In this document: one piece after another, positions 48,469 through 57,749 of the stretch
Layout: the number at the start of each line of letters is the position of its first letter
Numbering within the stretch: the first letter of the stretch is position 1
NCBI GenBank assembly: GCA_030059665.1
Contig: JANVYR010000001.1
Span: 480,001 to 544,000, forward strand
Direction of reading: 5' to 3'
From: Candidatus Calditenuis fumarioli
GTDB taxonomy: Archaea > Thermoproteota > Nitrososphaeria_A > Caldarchaeales > Calditenuaceae
Length of the DNA: 64,000 bases
Position numbers and translations under genes: made by a program
Notes under the pieces: model-generated
The model's database searches: none
The model's input: the letters and a program-made list of their open reading frames with translations, nothing else
What the model was told of the DNA's origin: nothing

Positions 48469-48957
48469 GTGAGCATGGCGTCGCTCCCTCCCCACGTGGA
48501 GGACGTTTTCGAGCGGTCGCTGGTGGCCCTATTCACGACGGTCAACTCGCGGAACGAGCCGGTCACGCACCCGATGCTTCCGCTGTACGAGCGGGGATCC
48601 GGGAGGATCTACTTCACCTCGAGCGTCCTCTTCAGCCGCAAGCTCGAGCACATCAAGAGGAACCCGAAGGTCTCAGTGCTCTTCTCGGAGAGGGAGTTCA
48701 CCCGCTGCGAGAGCGGTGACGCGGTCCTCGTGAAGGGAACGGCCCGGGTTGACGACTCGGACCCGAGCAACGGCTGGATGAGGTTTCTGCCGCTCTGGAG
48801 GAGGAAGGAGCCATACATCGACGCCTACCTGAAGCAGCGTTTCGCCTTCCCCCTCTTCTGGGAGCGCGCGGTCATCGAGGTGAGGCCGGACGTGGTCTAC
48901 GTGTGGCGGGGCGGCGACCTCGACGCCGAGCCGGAGGTGTACGATCTGAGGAGGTGA
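48469..48957 (+). CDS. Pyridoxamine 5'-phosphate oxidase-like (split-barrel FMN/F420-binding) protein
   Basis: FTTVNSRNEPVTHPM...KLEHIKRNPKVSVLF...VLVKGTARV. Confidence 0.85.
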   Translation: MSMASLPPHVEDVFERSLVALFTTVNSRNEPVTHPMLPLYERGSGRIYFTSSVLFSRKLEHIKRNPKVSVLFSEREFTRCESGDAVLVKGTARVDDSDPSNGWMRFLPLWRRKEPYIDAYLKQRFAFPLFWERAVIEVRPDVVYVWRGGDLDAEPEVYDLRR

Positions 48958-48962
48958 GGTGG

Positions 48963-50288
48963 ATGAGCGTCGCCACCGACCAGGAGCTTTACGAGCAGAG
49001 GGCCATCTCGTTCGTCGACGACGACGGATACCCGGTCACGGTCCCGGCGCGCGTCAGCGTAGAGGACGGAGAGATCAAAGTGAGGCCCGCGAAGGGCTTC
49101 GATCCCCCGAAGATTGCGGGAAGGAGGGTGAACGTCGTCCTGAACCACATCACGCCTCTCCCCGGAGGGGGTTACACGGACCGGAGGTACATCGCCTTCA
49201 CGGGGCAGGCCGCGGCGGAGGGCGACCAGCTGGTCGTGCGGCCCGAGCGGACGTACAGGTGGAACGAGCGCGAGGTCCCGTTCCCTGAGTACGTCGAGGT
49301 CTCCACTCCCCGGGCGAGGAGGTACCTCGAGGCCCTCGGGAAGAGGCTGGGCGTGGACTTCAAGCCCGCGATCGGTGCGTTCTGGCGCTTCTTCAGGGTC
49401 GTCAGGTTCCCGTTCCTGATAGCGACGGCGGTTCCGGTGGCGATCGGTGGCGGCGTCGCCCTTTACCACGACTCGTTCGATGTAGCGCTCCTCCTGCTGA
49501 CCTTCCTGGGACTGGCGCTGATCCACATGGGCCTCAACGTCGCCAACGACTACTTCGACACGGTCCTCGGCGCAGACCCTGCCAACAGGAGGCCCACGCC
49601 CTTCAGCGGCGGCTCCAGGTCGATCCTTTATGGCCTGATCTCCGAGTCCGGAGCTCGAGCCCTTTACGCCTCCCTCTTCGGCTCAGGGGTCGCGATCGGC
49701 CTCTACCTCGCCCTCACCCGGGGCCTCCTGCCGATACTTGGCCTCACGGCTCTCGGTCTCTTCCTGGCCTACTTCTACACCGCTCCGCCGATCAAGCTGG
49801 CGTACAGGGGCCTAGGTGAGCTGGCGGTGGGCACGGGCTTCGGTCCGGTCATCGTGATGGGCACGTACTTCGTCCAGACCCAGAGGTTCTCGCTCGACGC
49901 GTTGGTCGCCTCTGTTCCGATCGGTCTGCTGATCATGCTGATCCTCTACGTGAACGAGATCCCAGACGCCGAGTTCGACCGCATCGCGGGCAAGAGGCAG
50001 CTCGTCACGCGGTTCTCGAGGGAGCAGGCGCTCGCTTTCCTAGCCGGGTCTTTGGCAGCCACGTACTCCGTCATCGCCCTGATCCCCGTTCTGAGGCTGG
50101 GGCCTCCGACGGTTCTCGTAGCGCTGGCCACGATACCGCTGGCCGTCAAGGTATACCAAGGAGCGCGGTCCAACTTCGGGAAGCAGTACGAGATGATACC
50201 CACCATGTCGCTGAACGTGAACAACGCCGCGATCACCGGGGCCCTCATCGCTGCTGGCTACTTCGTCGGAGCCCTCCTCGGCCTCTGA
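48963..50288 (+). CDS. UbiA-superfamily MenA-like prenyltransferase with N-terminal PNPOx-like domain
   Basis: ISFVDDDGYPVTVP (split barrel) then NDYFD, PFSGGSR, YTAPP, NEIPDAEFD..AGKR. Confidence 0.85.
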   Translation: MSVATDQELYEQRAISFVDDDGYPVTVPARVSVEDGEIKVRPAKGFDPPKIAGRRVNVVLNHITPLPGGGYTDRRYIAFTGQAAAEGDQLVVRPERTYRWNEREVPFPEYVEVSTPRARRYLEALGKRLGVDFKPAIGAFWRFFRVVRFPFLIATAVPVAIGGGVALYHDSFDVALLLLTFLGLALIHMGLNVANDYFDTVLGADPANRRPTPFSGGSRSILYGLISESGARALYASLFGSGVAIGLYLALTRGLLPILGLTALGLFLAYFYTAPPIKLAYRGLGELAVGTGFGPVIVMGTYFVQTQRFSLDALVASVPIGLLIMLILYVNEIPDAEFDRIAGKRQLVTRFSREQALAFLAGSLAATYSVIALIPVLRLGPPTVLVALATIPLAVKVYQGARSNFGKQYEMIPTMSLNVNNAAITGALIAAGYFVGALLGL

Positions 50289-50425
50289 TCTCGTCCGGCA
50301 TCGCTCTTAGCTTTCTTGAACTCCGATCTCTCAGTTACAGTATCAGCACGTCATCAAATCACGACCCAACCGAAATCAAGCGGCCACCGAAGGACAGGTC
50401 TGCAGTAGATCGGACCTGTATCGGT

Positions 50426-50854
50426 TCACCTCTTGGGCTTCTTCACCTTGCCCGTGATCAGAAGCTTCAGGGGAACGCCGTTCACCATGAAGACCTCGTA
50501 CCTGACCCCGGGTAGGTCGCCGTAGGACTTGCCCAGCGTCCCTCCTATGCCCTGGACCAAGACCTCGTCGTGCTCGTCGATCACGTTCAGCGCTCCGTCG
50601 CCCGGGCAGAAGGCGGTGATCACCTTGCCGTTCTTGATCAGCTGTACCCTGACGGCCTTCCTGACGGCGCTGTTCGGCTGCCTCGACTCGATCCCCTTCT
50701 TCTCCAGTACTATCCCCCTGGCCATGGGCGCACCCTCGAGCGGGTCGTACTTCTCCTTCAGCCTGAGCATCCTGATGCGGTAGGGTCGATAGCTCCACCT
50801 GAACTTCTGACGCGTCTTGATCAGCGACCTCGCCGCGAACTCTCCGTTCCCCAT
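50426..50854 (-). CDS. rps12: 30S ribosomal protein S12 (uS12)
   Basis: [36 protein letters not shown]. Confidence 0.96.
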   Translation of the reverse strand: MGNGEFAARSLIKTRQKFRWSYRPYRIRMLRLKEKYDPLEGAPMARGIVLEKKGIESRQPNSAVRKAVRVQLIKNGKVITAFCPGDGALNVIDEHDEVLVQGIGGTLGKSYGDLPGVRYEVFMVNGVPLKLLITGKVKKPKR

Positions 50855-51026
50855 TCCCCGCTCCGGAGCCTCCGACGAGCTCTAAAATCTAACCCTCCAG
50901 CCTCCGGTCATCTGGCCCTCCATCGGTCGACCACGCATTGAACCTGCGAATTGCCCGCTTCGCTCGGCCTCTGGGTAGTCCCTCCCAAATCCTAATTTAC
51001 GACCCGAAGGTGCAGGAGTAGCGGAG

Positions 51027-51992
51027 ATGATCTCGCTGGTCCTCTCGGACCGGGAGCGTCCGGGTGTGAGGGAGCTCGAGAGTTACGGACGCCTGGTCAG
51101 GCGCGGAACGACCGCGGTCAAGAGGGGGTTCGCGCACATGCTGAAGCACGGCGTGGTGATGGACGTCACCAACGTCGAGCAGGCCCAGATAGCCGAGGAG
51201 GCCGGTGCGGTGGCCGTGATGGTTCTGGACAAGCTCCCCTACGACGTGAGGAAGGCGGGAGGGGTCGCCAGGACCGCCTCCATCAAGGCGATAGAGGAGA
51301 TCATGGACCACGTCACGATACCCGTGATGGCCAAGTGCAGGATAGGTCACACGTGGGAGGCGAGGGTGCTCGAGGAGGTGGGGGTGGACATGATCGATGA
51401 GTCGGAGGTCCTTACTCCGGCTGACGAGGAGAGGCACATCTGGAAGTGGGACTTCACGACACCCTTCGTCTGCGGTGCCCGCGACCTCGGTGAGGCCCTC
51501 AGGAGGATCGAGGAGGGCGCATCCATGATCAGGACAAAGGGAGAGCCGGGTACCGGGAACGTCGCCGAGGCGGTGCGACACATGCGCATCGTCAAAGCCG
51601 AGATACGGAGGATCAGGGCCATCTACGAGGAGGGCGACGAGCAGGAGCTGATCAAGGCCGCGCGTGAGCTGAGGGTGTCGTACGAGCTGGTCGTCGAGAC
51701 CGCGAGGCTGGGGAGGCTGCCGGTGGTGAACTTCGCTGCGGGAGGGATCGCAACGCCCGCCGACGCGGCGCTGATGATGAGCCTCGGCTGCGACGGAATC
51801 TTCGTCGGCTCCGGCATCTTCAAGTCGGCAGACCCCCTCGAGAGGGCTCAGGCGATCGTGCTGGCCACCACCTACTGGGACAGGCCCGAGAAGGTGCTGG
51901 AGGCCCAGAGGATGGTATCGGAGGCGAAGTCGATGACCGGGATGGACCTGAAGACGCTGGAGCTGAGGATGCAGGAGCGCGGCACCGGTTAG
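51027..51992 (+). CDS. pdxS: Pyridoxal 5'-phosphate synthase lyase subunit
   Basis: [37 protein letters not shown]. Confidence 0.96.
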   Translation: MISLVLSDRERPGVRELESYGRLVRRGTTAVKRGFAHMLKHGVVMDVTNVEQAQIAEEAGAVAVMVLDKLPYDVRKAGGVARTASIKAIEEIMDHVTIPVMAKCRIGHTWEARVLEEVGVDMIDESEVLTPADEERHIWKWDFTTPFVCGARDLGEALRRIEEGASMIRTKGEPGTGNVAEAVRHMRIVKAEIRRIRAIYEEGDEQELIKAARELRVSYELVVETARLGRLPVVNFAAGGIATPADAALMMSLGCDGIFVGSGIFKSADPLERAQAIVLATTYWDRPEKVLEAQRMVSEAKSMTGMDLKTLELRMQERGTG

Positions 51993-52769
51993 TCACAGAA
52001 CGTAGGCCCCGACGTTCCTGTTGCTCAACCTCTCCCTCCTCTCCTGCTCGAGCCTCTTCGGATCCAGCTCGACCGTCAAAGTCCCCGGCTCCTCTCCAGC
52101 CTCGACCTCAGAGGTCCTCGCGACCCTGAATTCGTCCAGCTCAAGGTCGACCGCGATGGAGCGGCCGTTGAAGGCCCTTCCGAGCACCACGTTGCACCCG
52201 ATCACCTGGACCCTGTTCTCCAGAGCCCTTGCCCTGAGGTAGACGTGCCAGGGTTCGACGCCCTCCCTCCTGATCCGGGAGGGGTTCAGCAGCAGCTCCG
52301 CGCCCTTGAGGACGAGGGTCCTGGCGGACTCGGGGTAGACCACGTCGTGGCAGACCATCACGCCGAACCTCACACCTCCCGCCGAGAAGACCTTGAATGC
52401 GTCTCCGGCTTTCAGGAAGTTCCTCTCCTCCCTGAACGGATGGACCTTCTCCTGGAATCCGACAATTTCGCCGCTCGGAGAGATGACCGGCACCGTCGCC
52501 GCGTAACCGTCCCGGAACCTGAGGTAGAGGGCGCCGCCGACGATGGTGGAGCCGAGGGAGGCCGCGAGTTCCCGCAGGACCGCGAGCGCTCTCTCTGAGG
52601 CCTGCACGGCGCCCGCGATGTCGAGGATCGGGGCATGATGGATCCAGGCCTCGGGAAGGACCACCAGGTCGGCCCTCGTCCCGAGCGAGGAGAGCGTCCT
52701 CGAGACCCACTCGACGTTCCTCATCGGATCCCCTTCTACTGGAACCTGGACGATCGCGACCCTTACCAT
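51993..52769 (-). CDS. Carbon-nitrogen hydrolase (nitrilase family)
   Basis: VLPE, QEKVH, VCHDVVYPE (E-K-C triad). Confidence 0.9.
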   Translation of the reverse strand: MVRVAIVQVPVEGDPMRNVEWVSRTLSSLGTRADLVVLPEAWIHHAPILDIAGAVQASERALAVLRELAASLGSTIVGGALYLRFRDGYAATVPVISPSGEIVGFQEKVHPFREERNFLKAGDAFKVFSAGGVRFGVMVCHDVVYPESARTLVLKGAELLLNPSRIRREGVEPWHVYLRARALENRVQVIGCNVVLGRAFNGRSIAVDLELDEFRVARTSEVEAGEEPGTLTVELDPKRLEQERRERLSNRNVGAYVL

Positions 52770-52810
52770 CCCTCTGAACCCAAAAAAGGAGGGCCTGGCA
52801 CGGGATATGG

Positions 52811-53353
52811 ATGACTCCCGACGACGCTGTTGGTGATGAGGGGCCTCGCGAGGGACCGGAAGGGCCCGGGCACGAAACCCCGCCCGAGGGCGAACGGGAG
52901 GAATCGGAGCTGAGAATGGAATTGGAGAGGCTGAGGGAGGAGCTGGTGGCGCTCAAGCAGGAGCGGATGAGGCTCGCCGGTGCGGTCGAGAGGCTCCTCC
53001 GTCACCTGATAGGCGTCTCGGAGACCGTCGAGCGGGTCGCAGGCCTCTACGAGCTCTCGGAGGACGCCAACGCGAGGGCCCTCTCCGAGGGGCTGAGGAT
53101 GGTCTCGTCGGCGATCGAGCGCGCCTTGAGGGAGGAGGGGGTGGAGGTGATAGGTTTTGTCGGATCGAGGTTCGACCCGGCGCTGCACGAGGCCGTCGGC
53201 TTCGTCGAGTCCGAGGAGCACGAGGAGGGGACCGTCGTCTCGGTGGTGGAGAAGGGTTTCGCGTATGCTGGCAAGGTCCTCCGGCCTGCGAAGGTGCTCG
53301 TGGCGAAGAGGCCCCAGCCGGAAGGAGCGGGTGAGGCCGGACGGGTCACCTGA
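52811..53353 (+). CDS. grpE: Nucleotide exchange factor GrpE
   Basis: Coiled coil then FDPALHEAV...KGFAYAGKVLRPAKVLV. Confidence 0.9.
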   Translation: MTPDDAVGDEGPREGPEGPGHETPPEGEREESELRMELERLREELVALKQERMRLAGAVERLLRHLIGVSETVERVAGLYELSEDANARALSEGLRMVSSAIERALREEGVEVIGFVGSRFDPALHEAVGFVESEEHEEGTVVSVVEKGFAYAGKVLRPAKVLVAKRPQPEGAGEAGRVT

Positions 53354-54197
53354 GGCCCAAGACCCTCTCCGCGTTCCTCCAGAGGATCATCTCCTTCGTT
53401 TCGCGCTTCAGCTCGATCCTCTCGAAGTCAGCGAGCCACCTCGAAGGCCTGATCATCGGGTAGTCCGATCCGAACAGGACCTTCTCGGGGATCAGGTTGT
53501 CGGCGTACCTCCAGACCACCTGCGGTATGTACCTGGGAGACCAGCCCGAGAGCTCGATGTACACGTTAGCCTTGTGCTGAGCGATCGCCAGCGCCTCCTC
53601 GTACCAGGGCCAGCCGAAGTGGGCCATCACGACCTTCAGGCGCGGGAACTGGGCGGCGACGTTGTCGACGTAGATCGGCCTGCCGTGGTCCAGCCTGATC
53701 CCACCTCCTCCTTCCAGGCCAGCCCCTATCCCGGAGGTGCCCGTGTGGAAGAGCACCGGTATCCCGAGGTCCTCCGCCATCTGGTAGACCTCGAAGCACC
53801 GCTCGTCGTCTGGCCGGAACCGCTGGAGCTGGGGGTGAAGCTTAAGGCCCCTGAGCCCTAGGTCCTTCACCGCCCTCTCCAGCTCGAGCACCGACCTCTT
53901 CCCTCCGAGGGGGTCAACGGTTGCGAAGGCGATCACGCGTTCCGGGTCCACCCGCTGGAGCTCGGCCATCTGCTCGTTGCTGTCACCGGGGATGCCGGTG
54001 AGCCTCGACGCGTCGAGCGGCAGAAGCACCATCCTCCCCACACCAGCCTCCTCGTACTCCCTCAACGCCTCCTCGATACCTATCTGCCCGAAGTCGCTCC
54101 TGAAGTAGGACCTCATCTTCTCCACGAACGGGCCCAGGGTCCTGAAGAAGCCCGGAGTGGTGAGGTGGACGTGGAAGTCGATCGGTCTCCCGCTCAT
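53346..54197 (-). CDS. Amidohydrolase-2 family protein
   Basis: IDFHVH, GLKLHP, LFHTG, MAHFGWP, LFGSDYP. Confidence 0.9.
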   Translation of the reverse strand: MSGRPIDFHVHLTTPGFFRTLGPFVEKMRSYFRSDFGQIGIEEALREYEEAGVGRMVLLPLDASRLTGIPGDSNEQMAELQRVDPERVIAFATVDPLGGKRSVLELERAVKDLGLRGLKLHPQLQRFRPDDERCFEVYQMAEDLGIPVLFHTGTSGIGAGLEGGGGIRLDHGRPIYVDNVAAQFPRLKVVMAHFGWPWYEEALAIAQHKANVYIELSGWSPRYIPQVVWRYADNLIPEKVLFGSDYPMIRPSRWLADFERIELKRETKEMILWRNAERVLGLR

Positions 54198-54263
54198 GGG
54201 TCGTGTGGTGAACAGTCACAGATTAGAATTTGCTCGGTCGGAGCTTCCAGAAACGCAAATCCG

Positions 54264-54335
54264 TGGACCGGGCGGGACTCGAACCCGCGACCTCCCGGGT
54301 GCGAACCGGGCGATCTGCCGCTGATCTACCGGCCC
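54264..54335 (-). tRNA. tRNA-Ala(CGC)
   Basis: Reverse complement GGGCCGGTAGATCAG...CCCGG-TT-CGC-AC-CCGGG...GTTCGAGT...CCGGTCCA. Confidence 0.93.
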
Positions 54336-54723
54336 AAGCATCGACTATTTTCCATCTTAGCATTTAAACCTTAAGTAGAGGATGCCTTGTGGCTTATTTC
54401 ATCGGCCTATTTCTGCTGGATATTGCGTAATCATAACTACTGGTAATTACCCACAGGCATTCGATTCTGAGGTCTTTCCTATCGAGGTTCAGGGGAGTAA
54501 GCAAGAGGTACCTCCAAGCATACCTATCGATCCTAGCGCTTCTGATCGACATGCCTAGGAGTTGGTTCAGTCCGCTGCTATCCCTTTCGATGCCGAGACG
54601 AGCGTTTGTAAAATTTTGGTTGACGGCGTGAACGGGAAGGGGACGTCGTTATCAGATCCGTAGATCTCCGGTCATCCCCTGCTCGGCCTCTACTCGTCGG
54701 TTTGGCGTACGGTCGATAGCAAG

Positions 54724-54949
54724 AGGCAACTAAGGTAATACCATTTTTCAGCAACTGATAAGTGCTCTGAATTGAGTTGATATTGAGATTCAACTTTTAC
54801 CTCATCGAGCAGCATATATAAATCCCCTAAATGAATTTTGCTGAAGACAACCCCAATCATCTTAAAATAGAGGTCAAAAAATTCATCCGTGCGAAGGGGT
54901 GGCGCGGCGGGAAGCCGCGCAGAGCCCGAAAATCCCGGAATCGGGAACG
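54724..54949 (+). promoter_or_regulatory. CRISPR leader (copy 2)
   Basis: 226 bp, colinear with 10105-10330, about 14 substitutions by eye, no indels. Confidence 0.9.
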
Positions 54950-54975
54950 GTGATCCCGAGAGAGGGAGTTGAAAG
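54950..54975 (+). CRISPR. Solitary perfect CRISPR repeat (no second repeat)
   Basis: GTGATCCCGAGAGAGGGAGTTGAAAG, identical to the array repeat. Confidence 0.92.
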
Positions 54976-55010
54976 TCCATATCAACGAATCGCGTGGGGA
55001 GCGAGTAGGG

Positions 55011-55766
55011 TCAAGCCCTCGAGAAGGGCTTGGTCCTGAGGTTTTCGGGGTCGAGGCGCGCTATCACCTCCCTCTCCTCCCTCGTGGGCTCCCGCGTGGG
55101 CGGTGCATCCCTGCCTGTGACGTCGAAGCCGGTGGACGCGATCACCTCGTCGACGGATGACCAGGGATGGACCGACAGGAGCCTCCACGCCCTTTTCTCC
55201 CTCTCGTGCTCGAGGAGGCAGAGGTCTGTGCAGAGCAGGACCCTGTTGGACGCGTTCCTGGCGGTGGCGGTGACGAAGTCGACCCGCCTGACGAGGCTTC
55301 TTGGACCGTGCCTGAAGTTCCACAGGACCGCCTTCCTGACGAGAGGGAGTATGAAGGCAGCAGCCGCGCCTCCGGGCAGCCTCACCTTCGGGCTCTCGAG
55401 CTGGCCGATGACGGAGACGTTGACGTTCGCATCGGAGTCGATCTGCGCCGGTCCTAGGAACATCACGTCCACCTTGCCCTTCTGGGCGAGGTCGAAGGCG
55501 TCGACCGTTGGCATGACGGCCCCCAGACCAGCCAGCTCAGGGTCACCGGTGGAGCGCTTGACCTGGATGTCCGCCAGCGACGGCTCGTAACCCTCCGCGA
55601 CCGTTGTGACCCTGATCCGCTTCCCGTGGACGAGCTTGGCGACGGCCGCCGCGAGCAGAGCGTGGTGCGAGTTGAGGCCCACGAAGACCAAGTCGCCGTC
55701 GGAGAGGAGGTCCGCCATGCAGGTCACTATCAGGTCCGCAGCGTAAGTGGGGTCCCGGAAGGCCAT
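55011..55766 (-). CDS. CoA-transferase beta subunit (GctB/PcaJ-like)
   Basis: MFLGPAQID...NVSVIG...RLPGGAAAA, VRRVDFVT, TDLC, TGF. Confidence 0.85.
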   Translation of the reverse strand: MAFRDPTYAADLIVTCMADLLSDGDLVFVGLNSHHALLAAAVAKLVHGKRIRVTTVAEGYEPSLADIQVKRSTGDPELAGLGAVMPTVDAFDLAQKGKVDVMFLGPAQIDSDANVNVSVIGQLESPKVRLPGGAAAAFILPLVRKAVLWNFRHGPRSLVRRVDFVTATARNASNRVLLCTDLCLLEHEREKRAWRLLSVHPWSSVDEVIASTGFDVTGRDAPPTREPTREEREVIARLDPENLRTKPFSRA

Positions 55767-57700
55767 CAGCCTCCCCCACCCGCCTGTAGGGACCTTTTCA
55801 GCGACTCCACAGCGGCCCTAATTTCCTCAACGCTGGCCTCGTCCTCCAACGTCGACAGGTCTCCCGGCTGAGAACCCGTCAGCACTGCCCTCAGAACCCT
55901 CCGCATGATCTTTCCCGTCCTGGTCCTCGGAAGCCGGTCGACCAAGTACACCGCGCCGATGACCGCCACCGGCCCCACCTCCTTCCTGACGATCTCCCTG
56001 ACCTCCTCCTCGAGCTGCCGCGGATCGACCTCGTGACCCTTCCTCAGCGTTGCGAAGACCGCCAGCACCTCGCCCCTCACCGGATCCGGGACCGAGACGA
56101 CGGCCGCCTCAGCCACCGCGGGATGGCGCGCCACCGCGTTCTCCACGTCGGCCGGCGCAAGCCTGTGACCCGCCACCTTTACCACGTCGTCAACCCTGCC
56201 CAAGATGTAGACGTATCCCTCCTCGTCGACGTAGCCGTAATCGCCGGTGAGGTAGAGCCCCTCGAACCTGCTCCAGTAGGCCTTGACGTACCGCTCGGGA
56301 TCACCCCAGACGCTGTACATGAACGCGGGCGGGACCGGGGGCTCGATCACCACGTTCCCCCTCTCACCGGGGCCGAGCGGCTCACCGCTGTCGGAGAGGA
56401 TCCTGATCTTGATGCCGGGATAGGGAAGGCCGACTGAGCCCTGCTTGTAACGGATGCCGCCGGCGATGCCGAACCCGAGGGGCGCGGCGATGAAACCGGA
56501 GTTCTCCGTCTGGCCCCATGTCTCGATGACGTGGCAGTCCTCCCTCTCTCGGGCGACGTTCCTCTTCAACCACCTCCAGGCCTCGACACCGAGGATCTCG
56601 CCTGCGCTGACTATCAGCCTCAGCGAAGAGAGGTCGTACCGCTTCGGGACCTCGTCGCCGTACCGCATCAGGAGCCTCACCGCCGTGGGCGCGACCCACA
56701 TCGAGCTCACCCTGAACCTCTCCACAATCTCCCACCAGATCCCCGGATGGGGGTGATCCGGTGCGTCCTCGTACCAGAGAACCGTGACGCCGTTCAGCAG
56801 CGGGCCGTAGGTGCTGTAGCTGTGACCGTTGATCCATCCAATATCGGGCGTGGAGAAGAAGACGTCGCTTTCTCCCCATCCGAAGAGCCACTTGTTGTGG
56901 GCGCAGGCCCAGACGGTGTAGGGGCCGTGAAGGTGGACGACGCCCTTAGGCCTCCCGGTGGTCCCCGACGTGTAGAGGATGAAGAGCGGGTCCTCCGATC
57001 TGACCCTCTCCGGATCGGAGCTCGAACCCGGGGTTTGACGCTGGACTAGCTCGTGGTACCAGTGATCCCTCCCCTCCCTCATCGGCGTCCGATCGAGGCC
57101 GACGCGCCTCAGAACCACAACGCTCTCGACGGTTCCGGCGAGCTCGGCCGCCTCGTCAACGACCCGCTTCAGCTCGATCACCTTACCCCTCCTGAACATC
57201 CCGTCGGCGGTCACGACCAACCTCGACCCCGAGTCCCTGATCCTCTCCGCGAGAGCTCCGACGCCGAATCCGCTGAAGACGACGCTGTGGACGGCTCCGA
57301 TCCTCGCAACCGAGAGCATCGCCACCATCGCCTCGGGCACCATCGGCATGTAGATGGTTACCCTGTCTCCCTTTCTGACCCCGAGCTCCCTCAGGGCCGC
57401 CGAGAACCTCCTGACCTCTTCGAGCAGCTCAGAGTAGGTGAGCCTCTTCGTCTCGCCATTGCTGCCGCACCATATCAGCGCAGTCCTTCCTCCCCTGCCC
57501 TCTTTCACGTGTCTGTCGAGGCAGTTCTCGGTCACGTTGAGCTCGCCGCCGACGAACCACCTGTAGAAGGGAGGGTTCGAGCTGTCCAGCGTCACGTCCC
57601 ACTTCCTGTACCAGCTCAGCTCCGACGCCACCCTGCTCCAGAAGCCCTCTGGATCCCGGATGGACTCCTCGTAGACCTCGCGGTAGAGCTCCAGCGACAT
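55766..57700 (-). CDS. acs: AMP-forming acetyl-CoA (short-chain acyl-CoA) synthetase
   Basis: YTSGTTGRPKG, ETWGQTE, TGD, GRVDD, PRTRTGKIMRR. Confidence 0.94.
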   Translation of the reverse strand: MSLELYREVYEESIRDPEGFWSRVASELSWYRKWDVTLDSSNPPFYRWFVGGELNVTENCLDRHVKEGRGGRTALIWCGSNGETKRLTYSELLEEVRRFSAALRELGVRKGDRVTIYMPMVPEAMVAMLSVARIGAVHSVVFSGFGVGALAERIRDSGSRLVVTADGMFRRGKVIELKRVVDEAAELAGTVESVVVLRRVGLDRTPMREGRDHWYHELVQRQTPGSSSDPERVRSEDPLFILYTSGTTGRPKGVVHLHGPYTVWACAHNKWLFGWGESDVFFSTPDIGWINGHSYSTYGPLLNGVTVLWYEDAPDHPHPGIWWEIVERFRVSSMWVAPTAVRLLMRYGDEVPKRYDLSSLRLIVSAGEILGVEAWRWLKRNVAREREDCHVIETWGQTENSGFIAAPLGFGIAGGIRYKQGSVGLPYPGIKIRILSDSGEPLGPGERGNVVIEPPVPPAFMYSVWGDPERYVKAYWSRFEGLYLTGDYGYVDEEGYVYILGRVDDVVKVAGHRLAPADVENAVARHPAVAEAAVVSVPDPVRGEVLAVFATLRKGHEVDPRQLEEEVREIVRKEVGPVAVIGAVYLVDRLPRTRTGKIMRRVLRAVLTGSQPGDLSTLEDEASVEEIRAAVESLKRSLQAGGGG

Positions 57701-57749
57701 TCGGGTCCCCTCTGATTCGACTACGCATAAGCGTTTTCAATGGGGGACG

